Under the pieces are notes generated by a model. That model was given only the letters and a program-made list of their open reading frames with translations, was not told the DNA's origin and searched no databases. 64,000 nucleotides of DNA from Ancylonema sp. (Eukaryota). Below, one piece after another: positions 15,618 to 29,861 of the stretch. The stretch spans positions 1 through 64,000 of the forward strand of contig JBFLGF010000030.1 in the NCBI GenBank assembly GCA_050230475.1, given 5' to 3'. Numbering within the stretch: the stretch's first letter is position 1; every line of letters starts with the position of its first letter. The translations under genes and the position numbers were made by a program.

Positions 15618-17256
15618 TCAGTTGACGACGTCCTTGTGGTGCCATCTAAATACCACCGGGTTGGGTTTCCGAAGTGAACGTCGCCCCTCGACTATTTCGG
15701 TCTCATACGAATGCTCGCCCCCACATTTTTTTGGGCCACTCATAAAAATAGAGGCTTTTTGGCACACCAACTTATCAACAATTCCTAAGATACCATGATC
15801 TAGAGATGCAACCGATGGTTCCATGACTTCCCAAGATGTAAGAGGCAATTCACGTTTCATTTGTTCAACAAGCATCTGGATAACACTAGAGTTCAGCCCA
15901 AGCGTCCAAAGTTTGTAAGCAGTGAGCGTAGCTATAGAAAAGTCACTAGCAACATTTTTTTTTTTTAGCTTCAACTTCTTTGCCAACCTTTTGATGTATA
16001 GCCTTCCTTCACTCCCGCATGTGGCTAGTAGGCGATCGCTTACATTCAATTTACGCCCTAACAGAGCCGTCTTCTCAAATCTCAAGTGTGTTGCCCCGTT
16101 GTTTGGCCCAAAAGAGTCGATTATGGAATCTGCTTTCGCGTGCAGTTTCGGAGCATAGGCTGTTGATCGCAATGCCGCACTGTATTTTCCATGGTGCAAA
16201 CTGGCGGTTGCATAAGTCCATTTGTGGATGACCAACATGTCAATGTTGTTCAGCGAGCGCATCATTTCCTTCCTATTTATTGCCTTGGCGCATTGCTTGT
16301 CGTCTCCGCTCACACATAGGCGGACAATGTTAGAAGTATTCCAATAGATGCCATGGGTAATCGCGAGGAGGGGAATTATTCCTAGAGAAATCGACTCGGA
16401 CCTCGGGTTTTTCCAGCAGTTTGATGTGCCAGACTGGATACAAACATGGCGGACACTTGGCTTCTTTCCCAATCGTAACGAGGCTTGAAGATGCCACTCG
16501 TATGTTACCCACCGAGTATGCCCTTTCAGCGCTTTTACATCAAAGTACGTGCAGTAGGGTAGGGCACCAAACATTGTGATAGAGCTTTCTTTGACGCGTG
16601 GCAGGACGACAACTCTATGTAGGGAACGGGCAAGCGCCACAACCTCTGCGAAATGTCTGCGGGCTTTGGAGAGTTGTTCAGCGAGAGTGTAGACCACCAC
16701 AAACTTCGTCCGCAAACACTCGACGTCACTCTGCACATGGCCACAACCAAGGTTTCCTTAATTGATGGTATCATTCACGCAAGAGGAAGAAATTGTGGAT
16801 GCAAAAATTCCAAGTATAGCATGCTTGCTCTTCCTCTCTCGGAGCTGTTGGGAGCAGGATATCCCCACCATGGGATGCGACGTCTCCCCCATAGCCTCGC
16901 TGCAGGCCGTGCTGTCCAAACTCAGGGGATCTTTTATGGTAAGGGATTTGCTTTCCGATTGTCCAGGACCCCAAATCTTCGACCAGGAGTTCTGGCTAGG
17001 GGGGCAGAACGCATTGAAGAGCTCATTGATGTTCCCAGGAATTGAACGGCCATTTGACTCAAAGGACTTTCGTACGATCTCTTCCCACTCGAAACTGCAC
17101 GCCATGCCGCGCGGTGCAATATTGGAAGTACTCGCGAAAGCATGATGCAAAGTAATTTTTACGTTTGATACTGAATTGGGCCGCTGCGAATATTGAACCG
17201 GCAAAAATCAGCCAAAGCAAGAACGGACTTTGGAGGTATCGTAACGGTAGTGTCAT
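15618..17256 (-). CDS. O-fucosyltransferase-like GT-B glycosyltransferase; 5' structure uncertain (one intron or pseudogene)
   Basis: 372-codon ORF with EQLSKARRHFAEVVALARSLHRVVVLP, ATHLRFE, VASD, GIVDKLVCQKASIF; a signal-anchor ORF (PFLLWLIFAGSIFAA) starts at 17256 in a different frame. Confidence 0.6.
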
Positions 17257-17560
17257 AAAGAATCAAGGGAAGGCTTCCACATTCGCCGCTCCGCTGTATT
17301 TATCCACAGGTCCAGATGTCGTCCCGGTAATGCACCAGAGTTGACAGGTGCGCTAGTCCCACACGTAACTAACTGCAAGGAGCGGTATGCCAGCATTCAG
17401 AAACTGTGGTCAGATTGACGCTTCACAGAGTTGGGCGCGGTGAAAGTTGTACCGCGACGGACTGTTCTGCCCTATTTTAGCCAACGTGCCAAATAAGTGC
17501 GCTCTGTGCTCATACGGCGTCATGAGCCAATCTTGGATCGTGATTGCGCTCATGTATTTA

Positions 17561-18002
17561 GAGCATCCGCTACGGCCTCGCATATCATCCTGATTTTCGA
17601 CTTCTGCCATTAATATGCTCAAATTATCCAAAATGGCGAATGTTACGGCCTGCGCATATCAAAATAATTATGCTCAGGACATTCTGCCGGATGATTTACA
17701 CATATTTTGTCGCAAATTTTCCCAAAATATGCTCAGAAGTTTGCGTAAATTATCGGGTTGAGCATACCTCTGGACCAATCAGATTCTCGTACGGTTCGCC
17801 TACGTGGCAGAAAACTTAAGAGTTTCATCCAGACCAATCGGAAACTACTTGATCGCCTACGTGGCAAATATTTTGCTTCAGAATGCTCAGGCTGTAACGG
17901 ATGCAAATTAAGCACATGTCATTTTGCCGCATGATAAATTGATCATCACCGAGCATATCTCCAAATTATGTTCAACGATTTGCGTGGCCGTAGCGGATGC
18001 TC
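17561..18002. mobile_element. PIF/Harbinger (Tourist-like) MITE
   Basis: 22-bp TIR GAGCATCCGCTACGGCC(T/A)CGCA with one mismatch; TTA on both sides (17558-17560, 18003-18005). Confidence 0.85.
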
Positions 18003-18142
18003 TTATGAGCGCATAATCGTGAGCGCATGTACTCATACGCTCATGTATCTGTGTCCTGCTGCGAAAACCAGGGACTCCCGCAAAAACCAATCACATAAAA
18101 ACAAATTGTCAAGCTAGCGCTGAGTGTACCGCTGCTCGCGCC

Positions 18143-21090
18143 ATGGTACCTTGGCGCTTCTTAGCTGGTTCAGCTGTCTGCGTCATTTTACCTCAGCTAA
18201 AGAGACCCCTTATCGCGGCTTGGGGGCTGGCACTGCTACTGCAGCGCGAAAGCGAAACGAGTAATGACGAGGAGGAGACGAGCGGGCAGCTGCAGCCAGT
18301 CACCCTGGAGTGGCAGGATATTAAGTGCGCAATTTCTGGAAAAAACAGCACTGAGGTTCGCAACGACTTGTCGAGATTGGCCGTCCCTGCAGCACCTCGG
18401 CATCTGCTGCCAGCTGAAACAACTGGGCCCTTTTTCCTCCTGCAGACCCGCGCTTTATTGGACGGCGTGTCTGGAGCAGCGCTCCCTGGTCGGCTTCTTG
18501 CCATCATGGGGCCCTCGGGGAGTGGTAAAAGCACTCTGCTGAACACCCTCGCGGGGCAGCTGCCGCAGCAGAAGGCGATAGTCTTGACTGGCCGTCTTCT
18601 AATAAACGGGCACAGCAAGGATGGTCGCTCCGTCCGGTAAGCTTCTGCTGTCGCTGCAAAAAGTAGGCCACCAATTTTCCTCACTCTTTTTCTGTCCGCT
18701 TTTGGTTGTCAGGCGAGCCTACGTTCGACAGGAGGACATCTTCTTCTCTCACCTCACTGTTCGTGAGACACTGCAGATGGCAGCACGAATGCGCCTCCCA
18801 GCTCACATGACAGCAGAGGAGACTGACCGCCACGTAGATGCTCTGATCCAACGGCTGGGACTGGTACGTGTCGACCTCGCCGTCCCTCGAAGCTCCTGCG
18901 AATTTGTCGAATCTGCGTCTCTTCGCCCCTTCTTTTCCAGTCCGCCTGCGCGGATACACGGGTGGGAGATGCGAAAACGCGCGGGCTAAGTGGAGGAGAG
19001 AAGAAACGACTTGCAATTGCCAGCGAACTCCTGGCGAGTCCCTCTGTCATCTTGGCCGATGAGCCCACTACAGGTCCCTAGTCCACGCCACCCACTCTTC
19101 CTCAAATCCCACCCCCACCTCCCTCCCCAACCTCCCCACCTTGCCTTCTCCTCGCAGGACTGGATGCATTTCAGGCCGAAAAAGTGATGCAGACACTGCG
19201 CCAGCTGGCGCAAGATGGCCACACCGTGATTTGCAGGTTGGAGTCCTTCACCCCACCCTCCCACCGCTCTTCCTCCCCCCTGTTTCCCTAATGGAAACCC
19301 CCATCACCTTCTTTCTCCTCAGCATCCACCAACCGCGTGGTTCCATCTACGCGCTGCTGGACGACCTCTTCCTCCTGGCAGGAGGGCAGGTGGTCTACGC
19401 GGGACCAGCGCAGGAGGCCATGGCCTACTTCACAAACCTAGGGTGTGCCTCAACTTCCCCTCCCACCCTGGTTGTGCCCCCCCATGCCAACCCCCCCCCT
19501 TCCCCCCCCTTGCAGCCACCCCTGCCCCACGCACTCCAACCCTGCAGAGGTGTTTTCGGACCTCATTTCTGTGGACTACAGCTCCACTCAGGAGGAGACC
19601 GCATCCAGGGCGCGGGTGGGAGCCCTGGTGAATGCCTGGGATTCCACCGGGGGGGCACCCAAAGGGACTTCCCTCCCTGCCCCTGCCACCCCTCCTGCTG
19701 CAAACGGACGGCCCCTGGTCCAGACAACGGGCCTGCGCAGGGGGGGGGCATTCACTCAGTTCCGACTTCTATTCGTCCGAGCTTGGCGCCAGGTACTGAC
19801 TCCCAAATACTACCTCAAAATTCTACATCTAACGTGCTTTTTGCATCCCAATGGATTCAAAAAGAGCCCTCCCAACCTCTTTCTCTCTTTCACTCTTTCA
19901 CTCTTTCACTCTTTCTCTCTTTCACTCTTTCACTCTTTCACTCTTTCACTCTTTCTCTCTTTCTCTCTTTCCCTCTTTTTCTGTCCTTTCTGTTCCCAGA
20001 CCCTTCGTGACCGGTCCACCAACTTGGTGCGCGGCGTCATCAACATCTGCTCCGCCATCATTTTCGGGTCCATTTTCTGGCGAATGGGCAAGGGACAGAA
20101 CAGCATACAGGATCGAATGGGCCTCCTGCAGGTCGACCTCCCACAGCCGCCACAGACATGGACACGTGGCAGTGTTCAAGCTCACACTCCCCCCTGCCCT
20201 CCCGCCAGGTGGCGGCCATCAACACCGCCATGTCATCCCTCATGAAGACCCTGAACGTGTTTCCCCGCGAGCGCGTCATCGTTTCCCGCGAGCGCATCCA
20301 GGGCAGTTACAGTGCGGGCCCCTACTTCTGCAGCAAGCTCCTGGCCGAGCTGCCGGTGGGGGCCCTCTTCCCGCTCCTATTCGGCTCTCTCGTCTACCCC
20401 CTGGCTGGACTCCAACCCTCACTCAAGCGGTAAAGGATGCCGCACCTCACCCCTTCCCAACACATGAAAAGGGCTCATTCGGTGGGCTCATCTTTCCCGT
20501 CTTCCAGCTTTGCTTCCTTTTTGGGCGTCCTCACTCTGGAGTCCTTTTCCGCCTCTGCCCTGGGGCTCACGGTTGGATCTCTAGCCCCCACCACGGATGC
20601 TGCCCTGGCGCTGGGCCCGTCCCTCATGACGGTCTTCATCGTGTTTGGGGGATACTATGTGAATGCGGATAACACGCCAAGAATATTCCGATGGATTCCC
20701 GACGTCTCTCTCATTCGATGGTATGCCCAAGTTCCCAAACACACAGAGGTACCATCTGTGATCTTATTTTTAGAGTGGTGAGAGTGGGAGGGGGGATTTT
20801 GTTGCAGGGCTTTCCAAGGGCTGGCATTGAACGAGTTTCGGGGCCTCCGATTTGAAGCGACCAAAGCAGGGGACGCTTCCAGCGGGAAACAAGTGTTGGA
20901 GAGGCTCTCGTTTGCGGACTCCACCATCCGAAGGGCGCTGGTGAAGGAGGCGCAACTCCTCGGATTCTTCTACCTCACCACGTTTGCGTTGTTGAAAAAC
21001 AAGTCCCCGAAGTTCATTCCGCTGCTCTCCCCTCCACTCCTACCAACCACGGTTGAGGGCGACAAGGAAGGGACAGTGCGGTTCACGTAG
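18143..21090 (+). CDS. ABCG7: Half-size ABC transporter G family member 7-like; multi-exon
   Basis: Walker [10 protein letters not shown], signature [36 protein letters not shown]; the TMD peptides [18 protein letters not shown] and [16 protein letters not shown] are typical of plant ABCG7/WBC7. Confidence 0.88.
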
Positions 21091-22950
21091 GTCGAAGAGG
21101 AGCGAGAAGAGAATGACGATGGAGAGCAAAATGTTAGTAGTTTGGATAGTAGCAAGTGAGTTTTTCGCGAAAGATGTGGCTAACACAGCGATGGTCTCAA
21201 CCGTTTGGCCACTCCTTTTTTTTTTGTTGCACAAAGTTGGTACAACTCGGTGCAAAATAAACTGCCAGAAATCTGATTTGAATGCCCACCAAAATTTGGA
21301 GGCAAAAAAAAAAAAAAAAAAAAAAAACCCAAAAAACTTCAAGGTGAATCACTTGTTTGTGGCTTATCTTCAGTCTTCACAAACCAACGTACATTAGTGT
21401 TTTATTCCAAAGCTCAGCATTTGCTCTCGAAAATATTGGTCGAAACACTTCTGTTCAACCCTAATTTTGAACCGAATTATGGGTGGGATAGTCGACTGAG
21501 GAAGACATAGACTTACATTCTCAAAGTTCGAACAGGACCCCCCTCCCACAATTCAGCCACGTTTTTGTGTTTGCACGGAATTTCCAATGGTAGCCCGATT
21601 GTTTCTTAGTGCTCTATCACAAACAAGCACTCCATATTTACAACTACGGATTGACAACCCTTTGAATACTTCAATCCATTCAAAAGGGGTCTAGAGTCCG
21701 TATAGGGGGGAAAAGGCAACGGAAGTAGGGAGTGCCACAAATACCTGAGAATCAAACTCTCAAATGTATGAGATTAGTCGGAAGTTGAATGGAACAACAA
21801 TTTGGTGATGAAATTCGCTTACTTATTACCTTTCTCAATCTCGCGCGGCAAATGACGTGTTGCACTAATTGGTAGGGAGACTGTAGACATACCTCGACCC
21901 CCTTCTTAGGGGTCGTAGTTGGCCCCGGACATGACATGTCTTTCTCATGACATGTCTCGGGCATGGCATGGCCCGGACATGTCCGGGACACGTCCCGACA
22001 AGTGGAAACCCCGGCAAGTGGACACCTCTACCAAAAAAAATGGCCTGAAAATGACCAAGTATATCGCCTATGATTTCATTGAATTAGTATTAAATGTCAA
22101 CTGACCGACCAATCGACTAACCCACGGTGTAGAACGAAAACGTAGATGTAGGCGCATTACCTATCGTGGTGCCGTTAGCCGTACCCTTTCGTAAAATACT
22201 GAAAATGAATGATTTCGGATGAAAATACAATTACTGAACGACCTTAATCTCCGGACGGTACGGTATTGGTCCGCTTAATAGGAACTACGACTAAAAAGCG
22301 TTATTAGTTATTATTGTCAATACTATATCGCAAAAAAAAAAAAACCCTAAGATATTAATAGGCTTGAGATAGTATGCTTGAAAACTGCTACCCGTGGGCC
22401 CCAATCAACAATTTCTCGGCCCTGCCCCTCCGCCCCCCTCAAAAAAATGGGGGAAATACAACAAACAACATGTCGGGTGCCGTGTTGAGGGATTCCGGTC
22501 GTGTGGATCTTCTAGACGGAGATACAAATATGCATGAACTGATCACCGATCAAGCCGAAATGTACAAAGTTGTTAATTCGTGATTAATTGAGCTCGTCGT
22601 GAAATGTTGACATGCGCGAGGGTTGACGGACCAACGAGCCTTCCAGGGCTTAACATGAAAGGAATATTGCCATGCATTTTTAGTTCGACTCTTATAGTTG
22701 TCGATGAGGCTTCGATCAATATTATTTGGACCCTTGAACTATATTCCGCTCTTTTATGTATATGGAGTTATCGCAAACATAATGCTTGATCATCTTGACA
22801 ATCCATGTGGGAAATTATTATTTGAATAATTTGTGATTTTGAGACAGTCAAGTTTTTTTCAAACACTTCTTGCGCCATAGAGTATTTAATGTTGTTGTAC
22901 GGTCACGTTGAATATTTGATAGTGAATATTGAATATTGAAATTTGGAAGT

Positions 22951-23292
<342 letters not shown>

Positions 23293-24137
23293 TTGTATTT
23301 TTTTTAATATTTATATTTATATTTATATTTATATTTATAGATTCATGAACTCTCAAGTATTTGATGTTATGTCTATTTCGTTCAAGCAATCCTACTTCAC
23401 AATCCATGGCCACGCGAAGTATACATTTGCAAAATATGCGTTATAGAAAATTGGTAAGCGTCATTCAACAAAAAAAAAATGCAAATGCATCGTATACATT
23501 TGTAGATATACATTTTTGGGCCTCGTATTTTTCAACTTCAGATAAGTTTTGTTTTAGCAACGAAATTAATCGATGTACAGCTACATCGTAATCTAGATGC
23601 ATAAAACTATTTTGCGGACACTTTGTCAATCCAAATGTGGACTACCGTTGATCAACATGGTTTACAAGTGCCGAAAATCCAACATCTCTAACGGTTGGGG
23701 TTTGTCCATGAGAAAGAATTTACCGAGCTAGCGTGTTCGTGGTTTCGAGCGGTAGTATTTATGCCAAATGTTTGATTGTGACCTTTGTGATTCATTATAT
23801 ATGAACACAAAGATGTTGTCTTTCAATAATAATGAAGTGCTCAAAGTACCCAAATAAGGAAATATCCGTGATTATATTTATTACCTCAACAAATACCGCC
23901 AATAGTTTTAGGGCCTAGGAATACGTTATTTTCACGGTACACTCGAACCCCAATGAAAGAACCCCGATATTTAAAAAAAAACGGAGAAACGTTTCTGGTA
24001 GCGAATGTTTCTTATTCATATCATATCATATCATATCATATGTTTCTCATGTTGAGTGTAAAACTGTAGAAAAAAATCGCAAAATAGTTTCTCATAGCGA
24101 AAATTTTATTATATCGAGATCTGAGTGTATACCCGTA

Positions 24138-25931
24138 CAGTGCTCCTTCGATATGAGGACAAAAAAAATCATAAAAACTGTCTTTATATCGAGGTTTATT
24201 TATACATTGTATAACGACATTCACTTCTGGATTTCGAAATGTGTGTCCTTGTATCGAGGGACTTCGTGATAGAAGGAAAGTAAATAATCAAATATGTTGT
24301 TGACATGTCTCCTAGAGTAAGTTGCCTTGGCATCATCATCCAATTTAGCGCATATATATTGATGCAACCTGTACAAGTGCGTCATGAGACCAATACATTG
24401 CGACTAGCAAAATATATTGAACCAATTTCACGAGGAGAGATGGGCAGTCTTAAGGTCATACTAAGCAACTAAGTACTCGCATATTTTGTTGTATACTATG
24501 CTCGTAAACATCATGGATTTTTTTTGGAAGGCAAGATAAACCAATTCTTTTCATGAAGAGAACTAGAGTATTTCCAAACTCTGAATCGCAAATAAAATAC
24601 GCAATTCTTATACATTCCAACAAACGGGATTCATCCAAATCCTTTGTGTACATTTTCGTAATTTGAAAAATATTACAAGATTGTCACCAACAACTCTCAA
24701 TATGGCATAACAAACGGACAGACATGCTACAGTGCTCCCTCGACATGACGACCCTCTTTCTAACGACAACCTCGATATAACGATAGTTTCTTCAAACTTT
24801 TTAGATATCAATATGAAATCGCCCTCGATATAAGCATAACGACACTCTATATAATGACAAATTATTTCAGACTTTTGTTACTGAATGTCCTCATACTGTG
24901 TATATAACGCTGTTGCTCGCACATAACGATGAATGGAATTCGAGAAAAATCTAGAAACCTCATGAACGACACCTCAAATTCTCTACAACGTGTTCGAGTT
25001 GTTCCATATGTCATATCAAGAGAACGCCGCCTCTGTCTCTCCTCCTCGGATGGTCCTGAAACAAGCTCGTGTATATGCAGCAGTAGATCCTCCTGGGTTG
25101 CGCAGCACTCATAAGTTACACTCATTCAATTTAAACGTTACCAGTTGTTAAAAAATGTCCATGTTGTTCATTGCTCCAACCGCCCACTGCTTTTACTTTT
25201 CCTTTTATTGCTTTTTCTTTTGCTTTTTCTTTTACTCCGTGTCCAACAGAATGTGCGTGTCCGGTGTTTCTTTGTGACAACCTTGATACCTCCCCAACTC
25301 CCCTCGTAACCTTTTGTGGTTTATTTTGTCCATCCACATGTATTGGTATCACGACGCACTTGTATAGCTCGTATATAAACACACACGTTGAATTGGATAA
25401 TCATGCCAAGGAAACTTACTCTAGGAAACACATAATAAACACATTTCCTTATTCACTTTGCTTTATTCGCAAAGCCCCTCGATACAAGGACTGAGATTCC
25501 AGATTATAGTAGTAAATGCCGTTATACACTGTATAACAACACCTCGATGTAAAGACACTTTATTGGAAAAAATTTTGGTCATTATATCGAGGGATCACTG
25601 CAATACCGACATGATTCGACCCCGATTTGCATGAAATAAACGTTGAATATCAGATTGCACCCATAATTTTCGTCACTTGCATTGTCGTTATTTTGTAGTA
25701 TGTGGATTCATTGTTTTTCTCAATTTCCATTCTTCGTGATATGCGAACATCAACGTTCTCTACGCAGTATAAGGACATTCAGTAACAATTTTCTGAAATA
25801 CTTTGTCTTCATACAGAGTGTCGTTATGCTCATATCGAGGGCGATTTATATTGATATAAACAAGTTTAAAAAGACTGTCCTTATATCGAGGCTTCCCGTA
25901 TAAAGAGGGTCCTTATATCGAGGGGGTACTG
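24138..25931 (-). mobile_element. pogo/Tc1-mariner-like MITE, outer copy
   Basis: TA-CAGTGCTCCTTCGATATGAGGAC ... GTCCTTATATCGAGGGGGTACTG-TA; the internal sequence is the reverse complement of the copy at 41883-42503. Confidence 0.75.
24730..25600 (+). mobile_element. pogo-like MITE of the same family, nested in opposite orientation
   Basis: TA-CAGTGCTCCCTCGAC ... TATCGAGGGATCACTG; colinear with 41883-42503 plus about 270 bp of extra internal sequence. Confidence 0.75.
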
Positions 25932-26253
25932 TACAACCGTCGTTCGTTCGTTCGTTCGTTCGTTCGTTCACCGGTGGGAACATGATTGCTACAACGGAAA
26001 CTAGTAGCGTCATTTCCGCACACTTCGTTTTTGGATAAGTTTGGCTTGGAACCACAAGATTCAGAACCACACGTGTGATAGGAGGTTCAAGGGCCCGAAC
26101 AGATTGATCCCTCTGCCTTCTGAAGTAACACGTCACAGCTGCGTCCAGATACCCCTGCCAGGAGCGATTCTCCACTTCAGCTCCGATTCTTATCGCCATC
26201 TTGGCATTCAGCACAGAAAGAGAGCGGATAATCAACCTCTGTCTTTCTCAGCT

Positions 26254-27911
26254 ATGGCCGCCGTCACCTCCATCGCCTCTGCACCTGCATTGTACCAGAA
26301 CCAAGAGCAGACTCGAGCTTCGATCTCGCAGACGAGGCAGAGGTCCGTCGGAGCCTTCTCCAGCGAACTGCACCAGAGCCAGGTCATCAGCTCGTTGAAA
26401 TCGTACCCTGTGACGCGCTTCTCCTCTCAGCATGAGAAGAGAAATGGTCGGGGTCGACGAGCCGTCGTTGTGTGTGCGGCTGCGAATAAGACCATCGTTA
26501 TCGGTCTGGCTGCCGACTCTGGGTGCGGAAAGAGCACATTTATGCGACGAATGACATCAGTGTTTGGCGGCACAGCCAAGCCTCCTAAGGGTGGAAACCC
26601 GGATTCCAACACATTGATCAGTGATACCACCACCGTCATTTGCCTGGATGACTACCATTCCCTGGATCGCTTCGGCCGTAAGAAGGAGGGGGTGACAGCC
26701 CTCGATCCGCGTGCCAACGACTTTGACCTCATGTACGAGCAGGTCAAGGCGTTGAAGGAGGGACAGTCGGTGCAGAAGCCGATCTACAACCATGTGTCCG
26801 GCTTGCTGGACCCCCCAGAGCTCATCGAACCCCCCAAAATTTTGGTTATCGAAGGCTTGCACCCAATGTGAGTGCTCCACATTAAGTCTCGCTGCTGGCG
26901 AGACTCTCTCGGTAAATTTACCGAATACGGTGCCTTCTTCGTAGGTATGACGAGCGTGTGCGGGATCTTCTAGACTTCAGCATTTACTTGGACATCAGTG
27001 ATGACGTCAAGTTCGCCTGGAAGATTCAGGTAGAAACACTTGCAAGACGAGGATATGGGAAAAATATCGCCTACTCATTCTCCAGCATTAGCAGGGCAGC
27101 TTACAGATTCTGTTTGAACTACCTGTGTATATATCTAGTAAGGTTGTTAAGCTTCATGAACGCCATGAGACACTAGCTTAACTTCCACCTTAATCGTCGC
27201 AGCGTGATATGGCCGAGCGTGGGCACAGCCTGGAGAGCATCAAGGCCAGCATTGACGCCAGGAAACCCGACTTCGATGCCTTCATTGGTACGAAAACTTG
27301 CTGCAAATGCTGCTGATGGTGGATTCTCCGAATAACATTTTGTTACTGTTTGCAGATCCTCAAAAGCAGTTTGCAGACATCGTCATTCAGGTGCTGCCAA
27401 CGCAGCTAATTCCTGATGACAACGAGGGGAAGGTTTTGAGAGTGCGGATGATCATGAAGGAGGGAGTGCCTCTGTTTGAGCCCACCTACCTCTATGACGA
27501 GGGTTCCACTATCTCTTGGATCCCATGTGGGCGAAAGCTTACCTGCTCGTACCCGGGGATCAAGTTCTTCTATGGCCCCGACACTTACTACGGAAAGGAG
27601 GTAAAGTGCCGACATGAACCTGTGGGTTTTGTGGGTAGGCAGAGTCTCATAGAGTGGGACATATTGGTGAGGGGCAGGTGTCGGTTGTGGAGATGGACGG
27701 GCAGTTTGACAAGCTGGAAGAGCTTATCTATGTGGAGAGCCACTTGAGCAACACCTCCAGCAAGTTCTACGGGGAGATTACACAACAAATGCTGAAGCAC
27801 GCAGACTTCCCTGGCAGCAACAACGGCACTGGACTCTTCCAAACTATTTGTGGACTTAAAATCAGAGAGGTGTACGAGAGAATTTTGGCCAAGCAAGCAG
27901 TGGCAGTGTAG
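26254..27911 (+). CDS. PRK: Phosphoribulokinase, chloroplastic; about 5 exons
   Basis: Transit peptide followed by VIGLAADSGCGKSTFMRR, GGNPDSNTLISD, ICLDDYHSLDR, KILVIEGLHPM, DFSIYLDISDDVKFAWKIQ, HADFPGSNNGTGLFQTI. Confidence 0.98.
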
Positions 27912-28341
27912 AGCTATAGGCTAGAGAGAGGGCTAGCATTGTATCCACTGAAGCCCCTGGCACTATTGGGCAGAATGTGGGAAGGGAAGGAGGTGTGAGG
28001 AATGAAACTTCCGTTGGCCCAATTGGAGGCTTCTCCCATCTAGAGGTCTGTAATTACCACCAGCCTCTTGACGGAGGAACTAGGGGGTTGCCAGGTTTAA
28101 GAAGAATGGGAAAGAATGGGAAGAATGGGAAACAGTAGTTCTGGTCGTAGTTGATCCCTTAGCAGCTGCTCAGTCAAAAATATTGAACTTGCTAATTTGA
28201 GTACTAATTGTCAGCTAACCTGTTTGAATCACGACATTTAGTTACAAACTACGGGGTACAATTGTTATTTGGTTAAGTTGGTTTTTACTCCACGCCAATA
28301 TGATATGCATGGGAGGGGAGTATGGAAGGGGAGTGTAGTGT

Positions 28342-28398
28342 GTTCTAGCTGCACGCTAACGTTCTAGCTGCACGCTAACTTTCTAGCTGCACGCTAAT
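28342..28398. repeat. 19-bp tandem repeat x3 downstream of PRK
   Basis: (G/T)TTCTAGCTGCACGCTAA(C/T) three times. Confidence 0.9.
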
Positions 28399-29861
28399 GT
28401 CATGCCGTGCAAGACTAGGAGTGACAGTATCGAGGAGACGGAGCCCGAAATAGAGGATTAGATGAAAGAAATGCCAAAAGGAGAGCTAGACATGTGTATT
28501 TGCGCACACACTAGTACGCACAGAAAATGATCACCAAATCCGAATCCCCTATTCCTGGATTGCCGTAGCACGGAGGTATGGGGGATGATGTCATAAACCT
28601 GGTCAAATTCCTTAGCACAAGGAAGCCCCATTAAGGAGATTGGAGTGGTGTGCAATGGTTGATTACGGAGTGAGGTAAGACAGCAGGTGTTGCACCTGCC
28701 ACGACAGTATCATGTGTTTCTGAGAATAGCAGTATTTATTTTTTACTTCTATATAGTAGTACTTTCTCAAGTAGCCGAGATGTTTATAGCTGAGTTCAAT
28801 GAACAAGTTGTGTTCAATGAATGTGCTAAAAGAATGAACATTGTTCATTAATAGGTCATACGCGAAACCTGTGTACGCGAAACCTTCTTCTTCAACATCT
28901 CCTCGTACCGCTTCTAAGAAAGATAACGAGATATGAGTTTCTTATGCACCGGATCTTTCATTATGACTCAAGGGATCCCACCACCTTGGCCAGTTGGTCC
29001 GTAAATAATTTAGAGTGTGGCTTCGAACACAAAGACTACACAGGAATTGAAATGAAACTGATGGGTTGCTGTAGCTACGCACTAGGTCACATGAAGTTGC
29101 AACAACTTCCACAACAAAACTGTGTTTCAGAACACACGGTTTGTGGCCTTGTGTCCTGCCTTCTACACAGAGGGAAGACATGCGCACACAAAACTTCAAC
29201 TTCAACTCCAAATCCATGTGACATCAAAGATTCGATGCCAATTCAGTGCACAGGCAGTCCTTTCCCCATGTTGGGAGTGAACATGACAGGTTGTCTTCCA
29301 TTTGGTTCCCAGAAGAGGAAACAAAGCACGGCACACAAGTACCTCCTCCAAACCTCCTCCAAACCTCCTCCAGGCAATCAATCAGCATCAGACGGCAAAG
29401 TGACATAATCCGCTCATCAAGAACAGACCTGAAATCTGGAAAAAAAAAATACGAGGAACTACAGGAAACACAAACAGCACAGGAGATAAACGCCAGGCGA
29501 GTTCCCCACCAAGTATTCAATCAGCCTTCTCCCATAATTCAGAAGTGGAGGGAGGAAAATGCTTTATCAGGGCCGCATGCACTTCCCACACATCCAATCA
29601 GCTCGAAATATGTGACAGCTCTCCTAACAGTGCTTTATATTGCACCATGTCCAGAGTGAAGAGGATATGTACGGAGTAGCAGAACCCGTATCGTAAATCT
29701 CGAAAAAAGATTTACTGCACCTGAGAGTGCTTGCAGGATGCCCATTTGCAGAAGCATCCCCATTAATATACCCTTCCGACCCCTGCTGCAACCTAACCTA
29801 CTCTACCTGCATATCCTACAAGCTGTATCTACCTTCCCCCCATGTAGACCCCTGGGTCCAC

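Noticed and set aside
16762..17145. Plus-strand 127-aa ORF
   Set aside because: Antisense to the fucosyltransferase 5' region, with no recognisable domain.
21890..22000. GACATG-rich repeats with a TAGGGG start (similar GACACG motifs near 62860-62950)
   Set aside because: They resemble hAT ends, but no partner TIR or TSD could be located.
28342..28398. Possible CRISPR-like repeats (also 60835-60939 and 36468-36582)
   Set aside because: No unique spacers, eukaryotic context and no cas genes; these are plain tandem repeats.
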